Below are positions 51,424-61,528 of a stretch of 64,000 nucleotides of DNA, one piece after another. Under the pieces are notes generated by a model. That model had not been told where the DNA came from. It made no database searches and saw only the letters and a list, made by a program, of their open reading frames with translations. Within the stretch, counting starts at the first letter, position 1; every line of letters starts with the position of its first letter. The stretch is from an uncultured Planctomycetota bacterium (lineage in GTDB: Bacteria; Planctomycetota; Planctomycetia; Pirellulales; Lacipirellulaceae), in the NCBI GenBank assembly GCA_963719315.1, contig CAVRBU010000011.1, positions 128,001 to 192,000 on the forward strand. The letters run 5' to 3'. A program made the translations under genes and the position numbers.

Positions 51424-53445
51424 ATGGCCCGATTGGCCAAGTGCCCCAAGTGTGAACACGAATTGCTGGTTCCAGACGGCGCCGTCGCAGGCGCTTGGTC
51501 GCGTTGTCCGAGTTGCCGGGCGTACTTTCAATTGAAAGATGCGCCGTTGCGCGACCTGCCGACGCTCGAAGTCGTCGAATCGGCGCCCGCACCGGACGCC
51601 GAGGATAGCGGCGCGGCCCAAACTGTGGCTGACTTTCCTTCGTCGGCAACTTGGGGCAGTGAGTCTCAAGATGACGACGAGTTGCACATCGCGAAAGAAT
51701 CAGAACCGGCCAGCATCCACATCGCGGATGAACTTGACGACGCCAAGCCGCAAGCGGGAGACGAGTCGGACTTTGACGACTTGGCCGCCATGTTCAATGC
51801 GGACGATATTGAGGGCGACGAAGAATCAGAATCAGCGGCGGAAGAATTGCTCGCCACGCAAGCGCACGTGCAGGAGCCGGAAGTGGCCGGGCTGCACGTC
51901 GCCGAAGTCGATGAGACGGACGAAGCCGATGAGGCGCTCGATTTGGACGCACCGATTAAAGAAACTCCCGAGGCGGCCGCCGAGCGCATTGACGCCTGGT
52001 TTCGTTCGGCGAAGACGCTGGCGGATGTTCCTTCGCTAGAAAGTGTGGAAATCGATTATCACATGGAGCAGAAACCAGAATCTGAGTCGAGCAGCTCGGC
52101 CGCGAACAGCGCTACGGTCGATCTCGGCAGCGGGGGTGGGCTCAGTTTCAACGATGACTTCGAACTCGATGCGCCGCAAGAATCGCCGAAAGATCTTGCC
52201 ACCTGGGACGATTCACAGCATATGGATCGATTGTTGGCCGAACTGCAGGATCAGCCGGCCGACGAGTTGGTGGCATCGGTCTCAGCGGATACCCCGAAAG
52301 CCGCTGAAGCAGTCGCGCCGGCGGCAGCGGCAGCCGCCTGGTCGCCCGATGAAGCGCTCGCCATTAGACGGCAAGCCAATAAGCCGCGTCGCGAGCGGTC
52401 GATTGTACGAACACTGTTGATGACAACCGTCGGCGGTCTCATGGGCCTCGGCTTGGGGTACTACGCATTGCTGTGGCTCCGCGGCCCTGAAATTGATTTC
52501 CTGCAAGTGGCCAAGTACTTGCCACAGGCCATTCTGCCGGCGTCGTTTCATCCGGCGCCGCGTCAAATGGCTGCCGCGCCGCCGGTTCGTTCCACCGTCG
52601 AAGACACGCCTGCCGAACCGATTTCCGATGAACCGGCGCCAACGGCAGATGAAACCGCAAAGGCTGCGGATGCGACACCGAAAGATGCAGATGCACCGGC
52701 CGAAAAATTGGCCACATTCACCGAGCCCGTTGACGCGAAGAAGTCCGCCGCGGCGGACGGCGATCGATACGGGATTAAGGATTCGGCGGGCGACAAACCA
52801 GCCGAACCAGCGGCATTTGATGTGCCGCCCGCCACGCCCGTGAAAGAGATTGCGACGCCGCGCGAACCGGTGCACATCAGCGGCGCGCCGTCGTTCACTG
52901 CGACCGAACTATCGGCAGCACTTGAGGCTGGCAAGGGCGCCGAGGCCGGTTTGGTCGACGGCAATCTTGCGGATGACCGCGAAGTTGCTCGCACGAAGGG
53001 TTTTAGCTATTCGATTCTCGCGGACCTTGCGCAGAAGGTGACCTTTGCCGACGCTGCGTCGTCGAATGAAGTCGTCAAGCTGCAACAAGAGGCCGACGAG
53101 CTCTTTCGCAAGACGCTCGCCACGCCCCACGCGCGCGACGAAGTTAGCCAGATCGTGCCCAAATGGATCACCTCGCCCAATCGCCGCCAGGGCGGCGTGT
53201 TCTTCGCCGGCAGCGTGGTCAGCCACGACGCAAAAGGTACGGTGAGCCAATGCAGCGTCGACTTGGGCGGCGGGCAGTCGTTACCCGTTCTCGTACCTGC
53301 CGAGCAAGGTGACCAACTCAAGGGCTCATCGTCGCCAGTCGCCGTAGTCGGCTGGATCGTCGATAAACCGGCCGAGCAAGTCGCCGGATACACCGGCTCG
53401 GCCCCGCAAGCCGTCTACGCGGCCAAGCTCATTCCGCTTGAGTAG
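51424..53445 (+). CDS. Zn-ribbon, acidic low-complexity, single-TM hypothetical protein
   Basis: CPKC...CPSC N-terminus, D/E-rich region, TM GLMGLGLGYYALLW. Confidence 0.8.
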   Translation: MARLAKCPKCEHELLVPDGAVAGAWSRCPSCRAYFQLKDAPLRDLPTLEVVESAPAPDAEDSGAAQTVADFPSSATWGSESQDDDELHIAKESEPASIHIADELDDAKPQAGDESDFDDLAAMFNADDIEGDEESESAAEELLATQAHVQEPEVAGLHVAEVDETDEADEALDLDAPIKETPEAAAERIDAWFRSAKTLADVPSLESVEIDYHMEQKPESESSSSAANSATVDLGSGGGLSFNDDFELDAPQESPKDLATWDDSQHMDRLLAELQDQPADELVASVSADTPKAAEAVAPAAAAAAWSPDEALAIRRQANKPRRERSIVRTLLMTTVGGLMGLGLGYYALLWLRGPEIDFLQVAKYLPQAILPASFHPAPRQMAAAPPVRSTVEDTPAEPISDEPAPTADETAKAADATPKDADAPAEKLATFTEPVDAKKSAAADGDRYGIKDSAGDKPAEPAAFDVPPATPVKEIATPREPVHISGAPSFTATELSAALEAGKGAEAGLVDGNLADDREVARTKGFSYSILADLAQKVTFADAASSNEVVKLQQEADELFRKTLATPHARDEVSQIVPKWITSPNRRQGGVFFAGSVVSHDAKGTVSQCSVDLGGGQSLPVLVPAEQGDQLKGSSSPVAVVGWIVDKPAEQVAGYTGSAPQAVYAAKLIPLE

Positions 53446-53595
53446 CCTACAAGCCCGGGCATGAACTCGGCGTCGCTGCCACATTCCTCAACCTGCCAGC
53501 TCTCGACGGGCTGGTCGGTCCAGCGATCAGTTCGTAGGATAAGCGGGCAAATCTGCTATTACCCCGAATTTCGTTCCTCACAGCTTTGTGCATCC

Positions 53596-54804
53596 ATGAT
53601 TATCTCCGTCCCCAAGGAAACCTACCCCGGCGAGCGCCGGGTTGCACTCGTTCCAGCCAGCGTCCTGCCGCTCGTTAAGGCGGGCCAGCGAGTGCAAATT
53701 GAAGCCGGCGCCGGCGCGTCGGCCGGCTTTACCGATGACGCCTACCGGGACGCGGGCGCCGAGATTGTCGCCGATCGCCGACAATTGTTTCAGGCGGCAG
53801 ACGTAGTATTGCAGGTGCGGGGCCTGGGCGCGAATCTGCATGCGGGAGCTGCGGACCTCGAGGCGATGCGCGATGGCTTGGTGATACTGGCCCCCTGCGA
53901 TCCGTTGGGAAACCCGACCGCCATCCAGCAACTGGCCGAGCGCGGCGTTACGCTGTTCGCGATGGAACTCATCCCGCGGATCACGCGGGCACAAAGCATG
54001 GACGTACTCTCCTCGATGGCCACGATTGCCGGCTACAAGGCCGTGCTGTTAGCCGCCGACCGGCTGCCCAAAATGTTTCCACTGATGATGACGGCCGCCG
54101 GAACGCTCACGCCGGCGAAGGTGTTCGTCGTGGGCGCGGGCGTGGCCGGGCTGCAAGCGATTGCGTCTGCCCGCCGGCTGGGCGCCGTGGTCCACGCGTA
54201 CGATGTGCGGCCGGCCGTAAAGGAGCAGGTCGAGAGCCTCGGCGCAAAATTCGTCGAGGTACCGTTGGAAACCACGGGGGCCGAGGCGGCCGGAGGATAT
54301 GCCAAGCAGTTGGGCGAAGAGTTTTATCAGAAGCAGCGCGAGTTGATGGCCCGCACCGTCGCCGGCAGCGATGTGTGCATCACGACGGCGGCAATTCCAG
54401 GCAAGCCGTCGCCGCGAATCATCACGGCCGAAGCCGTCCGCGGCATGGCGCCGGGTTCGATCATTGTGGATTTGGCCGCCGAGCGGGGCGGCAATTGCGA
54501 GCTCACCAAAGCCGACGAAACGATCGCGGAAAGCGGCGTCACGATTCTCGGCCCGACCAATCTTCCGAGTGAAGTTCCAACGCACGCCAGCCAGATGCTC
54601 GCCAAAAATCTCACAAATTTTGCCAAGCTCGTTATCCGCGGCAGCGAATTCCATTTGAACCTGGAAGACGAGGTCGTGCGGGCAACGCTGGCCGCGTACC
54701 GGGGCGAAGTCGTCAGCCCGCAAGTCCGGCAATTACTCGGAATGGAGCCGCTCAAGACGCCGGTCGAAGGCAGCCCGCCAGTCGATCATTTCGCGGCGAA
54801 GTAG
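53596..54804 (+). CDS. pntA: NAD(P) transhydrogenase alpha subunit part 1 (domain I)
   Basis: PKETYPGERRVA, PRITRAQSMDVLSS, GAGVAGLQA, GGYAK, AERGGNC. Confidence 0.92.
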   Translation: MIISVPKETYPGERRVALVPASVLPLVKAGQRVQIEAGAGASAGFTDDAYRDAGAEIVADRRQLFQAADVVLQVRGLGANLHAGAADLEAMRDGLVILAPCDPLGNPTAIQQLAERGVTLFAMELIPRITRAQSMDVLSSMATIAGYKAVLLAADRLPKMFPLMMTAAGTLTPAKVFVVGAGVAGLQAIASARRLGAVVHAYDVRPAVKEQVESLGAKFVEVPLETTGAEAAGGYAKQLGEEFYQKQRELMARTVAGSDVCITTAAIPGKPSPRIITAEAVRGMAPGSIIVDLAAERGGNCELTKADETIAESGVTILGPTNLPSEVPTHASQMLAKNLTNFAKLVIRGSEFHLNLEDEVVRATLAAYRGEVVSPQVRQLLGMEPLKTPVEGSPPVDHFAAK

Positions 54805-55012
54805 AATCTGCATTAGGGTTGCTGGGGTCGAGCGCAGCGAGCCCCCAGACGCGCTGGGGGCTCGCCTCCGGCTCGACCCCAGCCACCCGAATCCGCGTTC
54901 GTGCTTGGTCTCACACGAACCGAGTGCGTACAATTCTCGTAGTCTTGATGATGTGAACTGCAACACTCCGCGACGATCCGTCGTCGGAACAAATACAGGA
55001 CAATGAGGGGCG

Positions 55013-55435
55013 ATGAATACGAACAGCAAACAAGAACTCTTGCCGCCAGCTTCCGAGGGGCCTGCCGGTTTGTCGGGCTGGTTTGATTGGCTCACCGATC
55101 CGTTGCCGAAGCGGTTCATGCTGCCGGCGACCGGCCTGTTGATCATGGGACTCGACTGGCTCTTCTTCTCGGAAGAAGCCGCCACGTTTGGGCTCGCGAT
55201 CCCAATGACGTCCGTCGTCGGCTTTCTGGCCGGCAGCCTGGGCGCGTATTACTTGCAGCGCAAGTATGGTCTCGACTCGCGCCCCGCGGCGTGGTTGAAG
55301 AGTCTCGTCGCGGGCGTCCTCGTGGGCATTCCATTTCCGCTGGCCGGTACGATCGCCGGGGCGTGGATTCTGACCACGTCGGGCTTGATCGGTCTCAAAA
55401 ATCGGCTGTGGAAAGAGCAGTTCGCACGCCGCTAA
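55013..55435 (+). CDS. Hypothetical membrane protein
   Basis: GAGG RBS and hydrophobic helices. Confidence 0.7.
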   Translation: MNTNSKQELLPPASEGPAGLSGWFDWLTDPLPKRFMLPATGLLIMGLDWLFFSEEAATFGLAIPMTSVVGFLAGSLGAYYLQRKYGLDSRPAAWLKSLVAGVLVGIPFPLAGTIAGAWILTTSGLIGLKNRLWKEQFARR

Positions 55436-55445
55436 GATGATCGGT

Positions 55446-56135
55446 TCAGTGACTCGCCTGGGCGACAAAGTGCAGGATGCCCAGGAAGTGGCACGCGCTG
55501 CCGGCGATGACCAACAGGTGCCAGATGGCGTGAAAGTGTCGGACCCGCGCATCGTAGAACAAGAAGAACGTGCCAAGTAAGTAACACGCACCTCCGCCGA
55601 GCATCCACCATGCGCTATCGATCGGCACGTTGTTCCGCAATACGGGTACGGCGATGAGCGGCAACCAGCCAAGCGCGATGTAAGTCCACATCGAAATGTT
55701 GTGGACGCGATGCGCGAGCACCACCTTGGAGAAGAACCCCAGGAATGCGGCCGTCCACAATCCGCCCAACAACATCCAACCACCACCGGTCCGCCAATAC
55801 GCCAGGCCAAACGGCGTGTACGTCGCGACGATCAGGAAATAGATGCAACCTTGATCGAGGCGACGGAAGAAACTCTTCCAGTGCACGCTCGTTACGCTGT
55901 GCGACAACGTGGAAGCGGCATACACGGCAACGAGACTGGCTGCGAAGATGGCACAACCCGTGACGCGCCACATGTCGCCGTGACGCAGTACGCTCCAGAT
56001 CATCACCAGGCCGCCCCACACCGCCAGCAAACAGCCGAAGCCGTGCGTCAAAGTGTTGACGAATTCTTCACTTGCGGAGCGCCGCCAGACCGGATGTAGC
56101 CGCAGTGCTTTGGGTTTGTGATGATCTGTGCTCAT
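55446..56135 (-). CDS. Hemolysin III / PAQR family membrane protein
   Basis: EEFVNTLTHG, STLSH, LDQGCIYFLIVATYTP, HAIWHLLV. Confidence 0.92.
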   Translation of the reverse strand: MSTDHHKPKALRLHPVWRRSASEEFVNTLTHGFGCLLAVWGGLVMIWSVLRHGDMWRVTGCAIFAASLVAVYAASTLSHSVTSVHWKSFFRRLDQGCIYFLIVATYTPFGLAYWRTGGGWMLLGGLWTAAFLGFFSKVVLAHRVHNISMWTYIALGWLPLIAVPVLRNNVPIDSAWWMLGGGACYLLGTFFLFYDARVRHFHAIWHLLVIAGSACHFLGILHFVAQASH

Positions 56136-56500
56136 GTGATTTTCATTGCCCAGATGGGTCGCGCCGATTAGCGATCTTTCACCTTAGCAAGCGAATTCTA
56201 CGGTCGGAACCGCAAACAGCCGAGAAACGCGCAAAAAATCGTTGTGCCAATGCGGTTAAAACCGCTTGGGCAAACCTAACCGTTGATGCCGTAAGGTCTT
56301 CGCGACTTTCCCGCCGGCGGTCGCGGGTTTTGGATGGATTTTTTGATTGAAGGAATACACGGGGAAAACCGTGGATTTCCATAACAATAGGCATGCTTTA
56401 CCGAATGGCGGGCGCATTTGCGGACGATCGAGCATAACGTAGGCTTTATAGTGAACGACCTGACGCACCTTCGCGTGCACCCCATCGAATCGGGCAAGCC

Positions 56501-57151
56501 ATGACAATCGCTGCCATTCCATTGACGCGGCTCGAAGATCGGCTGCAGAGCGATCCTCTGACTAGCGAGCATCGACGCGAGTTATCCGCTGCGCGCGATC
56601 GCGGCAAAGTAATTCGCAAAGCGGCCCGCGTCGCCGCGTTCAACGGCTGGACGACCGCGCTCATCGCGGCGGTTTCGGCATTGATCGCCGTGGTCTCTGG
56701 CCTGTTCTCGCCAACCAGTCCCGTCGCGCTGGCGCTGACAGCGGGCCTCACGGTTGTGGCGTTCAACGAATTTCGCGGCCGCAAGCGGCTGCTCAATTTC
56801 GATCCCCGCGGCGCGACGCTGCTGGGTTGGAATCAAGTCGGCCTGTTGGCGATAATCATTGTGTATTGCTTGTGGTCGATGTACTCCGGCACACACGGTT
56901 CTGGCGAACTTGAGAAGGAGCTCAATGATTTGGGTGATTTGAACGCCGCGCTAGGTATGTCGCCCGGCGGACTGAACGACTTAACCTCGCTTATCGCCGT
57001 TGCGTTCTATGGCATCGTCATTGTGCTGAGCGTTCTGTTTCAAGGTGGCAACGCCCTCTATTATTTCACGCGCCGCCGTCATGTGGAAGAGTTCGTCGCC
57101 GAAACACCGGCGTGGGTTCGCGACATCGAACGCGGTTCGCACCCGGCGTAG
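56501..57151 (+). CDS. Hypothetical membrane protein
   Basis: Four TM segments, intact ORF. Confidence 0.7.
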   Translation: MTIAAIPLTRLEDRLQSDPLTSEHRRELSAARDRGKVIRKAARVAAFNGWTTALIAAVSALIAVVSGLFSPTSPVALALTAGLTVVAFNEFRGRKRLLNFDPRGATLLGWNQVGLLAIIIVYCLWSMYSGTHGSGELEKELNDLGDLNAALGMSPGGLNDLTSLIAVAFYGIVIVLSVLFQGGNALYYFTRRRHVEEFVAETPAWVRDIERGSHPA

Positions 57152-57240
57152 AAGTAGGTCCCTTCTGCCGGAACGGACCTGATTGGATTCACAACGATGT
57201 GAAGCAGGTTCAGGTCTCCGCTCGGCAAGCGGGACTTACT

Positions 57241-58080
57241 TTACAGCCACAGGTGCATGCGGCCGTCCAGCATATCGGGTAGTGCTTTCGAGACGAGTGC
57301 CCGCACCGTCTTCGCGTGATAACGCGTGCTAAGGTGGGCCCCAATCACGAGCTCATTCTTGAACCGGTCGCGGCGGTCGACGATGTCGTCCAAGTGCATG
57401 TGGCCGAACTTGTGAATCTTGTCGCGGCGATGGTCCGGCGCTACGAACGTCAGCTCGCAAATGAGCACTTTCGCTTCGTACATAACCGGGTTGTCGTCGA
57501 GCCCGCCGGGCGCGCTATCGCCCAGATATGCCAAAATGGGCCGGCGGATTTCCGCGCTCACCTCGTTGCCTGCCAACCGCAAATCTCGAATCTGTTCGCC
57601 GCTTAAGTCCTGGTATTCTGGTTTCAATTTGCGACGGCGATCCCAGACGACGAAACCCAGCGACGGCACGGTATGCCGTGTCGCGACGGCCGAAACAACC
57701 AGCTCTCGCGACATCTCGATCTCATCGCCCGCGGTGATGGGCTTCAATTCGCACGGCAAACGCCCACGATCAAGCTTCGTGAACTGCCGTAGAATCCGCT
57801 GCATCGGCTCGATCGTTTCGGCCGGCATGTAGATCACCGGCGGCGTCATCTTCATCATTCGCCGGCGGGCCACGTACACCGGCAACGCCACGATGTGATC
57901 CAGATGGCCGTGTGTCACGAACCACGTTTCCGTGCCCATGAACGACCAGGGCTGAGCGCCGAGATCGAAGCCCAACTTCAGTTCGGGAAACCGCCAATAC
58001 GTTTGCACGGCGGCCCGCGAGTAGCCTTCAATCGTCAGATCGCCGTGCTTGAGCGTCTTAACCGGGAGGTTGTTGATCAT
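57241..58080 (-). CDS. Metallo-beta-lactamase-fold nuclease, RNase Z-like
   Basis: THGHLDH, HTVPSLG, YLGD, CELTF, HMHLD, HLSTRY. Confidence 0.85.
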   Translation of the reverse strand: MINNLPVKTLKHGDLTIEGYSRAAVQTYWRFPELKLGFDLGAQPWSFMGTETWFVTHGHLDHIVALPVYVARRRMMKMTPPVIYMPAETIEPMQRILRQFTKLDRGRLPCELKPITAGDEIEMSRELVVSAVATRHTVPSLGFVVWDRRRKLKPEYQDLSGEQIRDLRLAGNEVSAEIRRPILAYLGDSAPGGLDDNPVMYEAKVLICELTFVAPDHRRDKIHKFGHMHLDDIVDRRDRFKNELVIGAHLSTRYHAKTVRALVSKALPDMLDGRMHLWL

Positions 58081-58224
58081 CAGGTGAGTAGGACGCGGCA
58101 GAGGAGCGACGGTTCGGGCGAAAGAACCGCCATTGTAGAGGCGGAATGGATGAGGGTTAAGAGTTGAGAGTCGATAGTTGAAAGAAAAGAACGGTTTGCC
58201 GTATCGATTCTCAACCCTAATCCT

Positions 58225-59004
58225 TCAACCATTGACCTCCTGCCCGTGCTCATAGTCTGTCACCGCCGCGAGTTCAGTCGGCAGCGGATTCTCACCCGGT
58301 TCCAGCCAGATTTCGCCGTGTAGTTGCGGCTGCGCAGCGCGGGCATGCTGGTGCCGCACCAATTCGAGCACGGCCAGGAACATGCCGACGAGCGTGGACT
58401 TGTGCACCGCCGAATCGAAGAAGCTCGCGAATTTGACCTGGCCTTCGCGGCGCAATCGCGCATCGATCCGCTGCATGTATACGTGAATCGGGGTTTCGTC
58501 GTAACGGATGCTTTCCGGGCCGGCGACGGCGTGCTTCGCCTTGAGCACGCGCCCGAACGCGCTGACCAGGTCCCAAAGCTCGATCTCTTGAATCGGCTGT
58601 TGCTCGGGCGATAACTGCCGCGTCGGCAAGTCGTTGGCCAATCGCGGAAACCGCTCGCACCACTCCCGGCTGCGCTCTTCCAACATACTGGCCGCATCGC
58701 GGTACTGTTTGTATTCCAGCAGCCGGCGGACCAGCTCCTGTCGCGGATCCTCGAGCTCGTCGGCTACCTCCTCTTCGCCGGGTAGCGCCGCCCTCGATTT
58801 CAACTCAATCAGCAGGCTGGCCGTGTCGAGAAAGTCGCCGACCATATCGACGTCGATCTGCTTCAATACGTTGACGTATTCCAGGAATTGCTCTGTAACG
58901 GTCGCGATGCGAATGTCGACGACTTCGAGCTCGTGCTTGCGGATCAGATAGAGGAGCAGATCCAACGGTCCGCGGAAGATTTCGAGATCAACGCGAAAGT
59001 CCAT
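58225..59004 (-). CDS. scpA: Segregation and condensation protein A
   Basis: FRGPLDLLLYLI, ELVRRLLEYKQY, FLAVLEL. Confidence 0.95.
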   Translation of the reverse strand: MDFRVDLEIFRGPLDLLLYLIRKHELEVVDIRIATVTEQFLEYVNVLKQIDVDMVGDFLDTASLLIELKSRAALPGEEEVADELEDPRQELVRRLLEYKQYRDAASMLEERSREWCERFPRLANDLPTRQLSPEQQPIQEIELWDLVSAFGRVLKAKHAVAGPESIRYDETPIHVYMQRIDARLRREGQVKFASFFDSAVHKSTLVGMFLAVLELVRHQHARAAQPQLHGEIWLEPGENPLPTELAAVTDYEHGQEVNG

Positions 59005-59209
59005 GGGCAGCGTGCTCGCGAGGGGCGCAGAGTAGGTCCTTTGCCGGAAGGGACCCGGGCGATTTCGCAATGCTACAAAGCAGGTTCAGGTTCCGCTCGG
59101 CAAGCGGGACCTACTGCGCGGCGCGGACTGTAGCAAATATTGCCGCAATCGGGGAGCGGAATGGCCTGATTAAGGCGATGCTAGCACTGCCGCGTTTTCT
59201 GAACGGCGC

Positions 59210-59251
59210 AAAAAACCAGCCGGGTCTCTGCTAGAGAGGCCCGGCCAGTTA
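59210..59251 (-). terminator. Intrinsic terminator of the Cys-rich gene
   Basis: gccgggtctct/agaggcccggc hairpin next to A6 (U-tail on the minus strand). Confidence 0.65.
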
Positions 59252-59354
59252 GAGCTCGTTGGAATCCGCGAATGAATGTCCAATTCGCGGTGAAGTCTGT
59301 TAAAGGGGGCACCACCCGACGGACGTCAGCGAGCTACCTGTTTGCCGCCAAACC

Positions 59355-59771
59355 CTACTTCTTTTCTTTGGCCTCTTCAGGAGCGGCGGGGGCCGCCATC
59401 TCGCTGCCACTGCTGCTGCCACTGCAGCCACAGCCGCCGCCGCAACCCGAGTTGCAGCCGCTATTGCAACCGCTGTTGCAACCGCTGTTGCAGCAGCGAT
59501 GGCGACGATGATGGCCACAGCCGTTGTTGCAACCGTTGTCGCAGCCACTATTGCAACCGTTATCGCAGCCACTATTGCAACCACTGTTGCAACCACACGA
59601 TTGATGTTCACATCCGCAGTTGCTCTGGCAACCGCTATCGCAACTCGACGACTGGCAGCAGCGGGTGCGGCAGCAGCGGTGACCAAACGCATTGGCTTGC
59701 GATTCCATGCCGATCATTACGACGGCCATGGCTGCCAATCCCAGCGTTAATCGAACAACATTTCGCTTCAT
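59355..59771 (-). CDS. Secreted Cys-rich tandem-repeat protein
   Basis: GGAGG RBS, signal ending ANA, repeated (N/D)(S/N)GC tetrapeptides. Confidence 0.85.
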   Translation of the reverse strand: MKRNVVRLTLGLAAMAVVMIGMESQANAFGHRCCRTRCCQSSSCDSGCQSNCGCEHQSCGCNSGCNSGCDNGCNSGCDNGCNNGCGHHRRHRCCNSGCNSGCNSGCNSGCGGGCGCSGSSSGSEMAAPAAPEEAKEKK

Positions 59772-60492
59772 CACAGAATCCTCCAAAACAATAGACAAAA
59801 AACGGAACGGTTAACCTCGTGTCCGAATTGCGCGATAAACGAACCTGGCAAAAGCAGCCGTCTTCTCGCCTGTGCTAGCTAGCGAGATGCGTTTTACCTT
59901 CCGCTCTAGTCCGCGGAGAAAGCGTGCTCCCCGACGAGGGAAACAAATAACACTCTCCTATCGTCGCAGTTATCCCAAAGCCCGCGACCATCACAGTCGC
60001 CCGCCCAAGGATGCCCCATATCTGACCCGATGCTGTTGAGTTCCACAAGGCACCGAATTCGGAACAATCAAAGAAAGTTTTACGATTGGGAAATTCGCGA
60101 CGTTTTGGGTGAATAGGTATTTGCGCCTTAACAATCCGCGACCTGACCCTAGCAGCTTGGATTCTTCGGCCCACTAGTCACCCAACTAGAATGGCGGAAT
60201 GGGCTTACGTCGATAAACTCGGCGGGCGGCTCCCGAGGAAGGGCCGCGAGATAGAAGCTGAGAGAGCCACGCACCGCCTTCTGATAGGCCGGCATTGAAA
60301 CGCGGAAATCGGGCTTTGGGCCAGGTTTCCGCTGCCAAATGGCTTTGCGGGCCCTTCTGCCGGAGGGACCTGAGCGAATTCACGATATTGCAGAGCAGGG
60401 TCAGGTCCCGCTTGGCAAGCGGGACCTACTCTTTTGCCAAAGCCTTACCAAATCGAATCAATCGTGTTTTTGCCGAGCAAAAGAAAGTATTG

Positions 60493-61266
60493 CTAACGGC
60501 GTTCGTTCGGCTGCGGCTCTTGGGCAGTGTACGGCGAATAGGGTTGTTGTTGACCCGTCGCCGCGGGTCCGACGGCCGGCATGCCGAGACCTGCCGTTCC
60601 GGAGTTTGGCGAATTCACGTTGGCTGGGCCGACCGCTGGCATGCCGATGGGCACCTGAGGCGCGACGGGCGGCGCGACGGCATTCGCTTGCGTTCCGCCA
60701 CTCGCCTGGGCGCCGCTGTTCGCTTGGGCGGCGGCGTTGCCCGGCATGTTGGGACGCGGAAGCGACATGTTCTTCCCGGTTTCGAAGTCGGACAGCGTCC
60801 ACGGCAGATTCGGTCCGGTTCCGTAAGCGATGCCCGAGATTCGCCAATCGTTCTCCACCTTGCGAAGCAAGCAACACATTTCTTCGCTGTGGGGAGTCCC
60901 TTCGGACGTATCGGTCAGCACACACTGCACGATGGCTTGGTCCTCCGACGGGGCGCGGACTTCGCCGATTTTGAACGTGGCGCCTTCCAATCCGGGCGGC
61001 GCGAAACCTTTCCCGCTAGCAACAATTCGCTGCATCGCCTGCGGAGTGAGTCGAGCGCTCGCCCGCTGCGTATCGCCCTTCAACACGGCATCCAAAAAAT
61101 CGTAGGCGGCCTGGGCCATCACATTGCTGGCTGGATCAGTCTCGGTGATCGCCGGCACATCGCTGCTAGTGGCCGCCGCGCCGCCGGAGGAACTGCTTTT
61201 GCCGCAACCAGCCGTAAACGCCAGACCAAGAACCGCGACCAAGCCAACTCGGGTGAAGCACTGCAT
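60493..61266 (-). CDS. Hypothetical lipoprotein
   Basis: FTAGC lipobox, FLDAVLKGD..A..L.T, WRISG, Pro/Ala-rich tail. Confidence 0.8.
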   Translation of the reverse strand: MQCFTRVGLVAVLGLAFTAGCGKSSSSGGAAATSSDVPAITETDPASNVMAQAAYDFLDAVLKGDTQRASARLTPQAMQRIVASGKGFAPPGLEGATFKIGEVRAPSEDQAIVQCVLTDTSEGTPHSEEMCCLLRKVENDWRISGIAYGTGPNLPWTLSDFETGKNMSLPRPNMPGNAAAQANSGAQASGGTQANAVAPPVAPQVPIGMPAVGPANVNSPNSGTAGLGMPAVGPAATGQQQPYSPYTAQEPQPNERR

Positions 61267-61528
61267 TGCCGATACTCCGCATCGAAAGTACGAAAAACGT
61301 CCCCGTTCGCGTCGGCTACCGCTGTCGCCAGCAATCGGCCGCCGAACGCTCGGGAAATAAGGTGCGGGAGTCTGTCAAAACCGCGGCCAGCGGTCAACGG
61401 CGATTGGTTCAGCGTAAAACGCATTCCGCTGCTATCACCCGTCGAAAGTTTGGCGGGTCATTGCGCGAATTTTGGCCTGCTTGAATTCAAACCACAAAGG
61501 GGAGCCTTTCCCGAGCGCGAGACTCGTC

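Noticed and set aside
38697..59004. Separation of scpA and scpB as evidence of rearrangement
   Set aside because: No breakpoint evidence in the sequence; it cannot be judged without comparative genomes.
59355..59771. RiPP precursor cluster
   Set aside because: It has a Sec signal peptide, and no radical SAM, YcaO, LanM or transporter genes are nearby.
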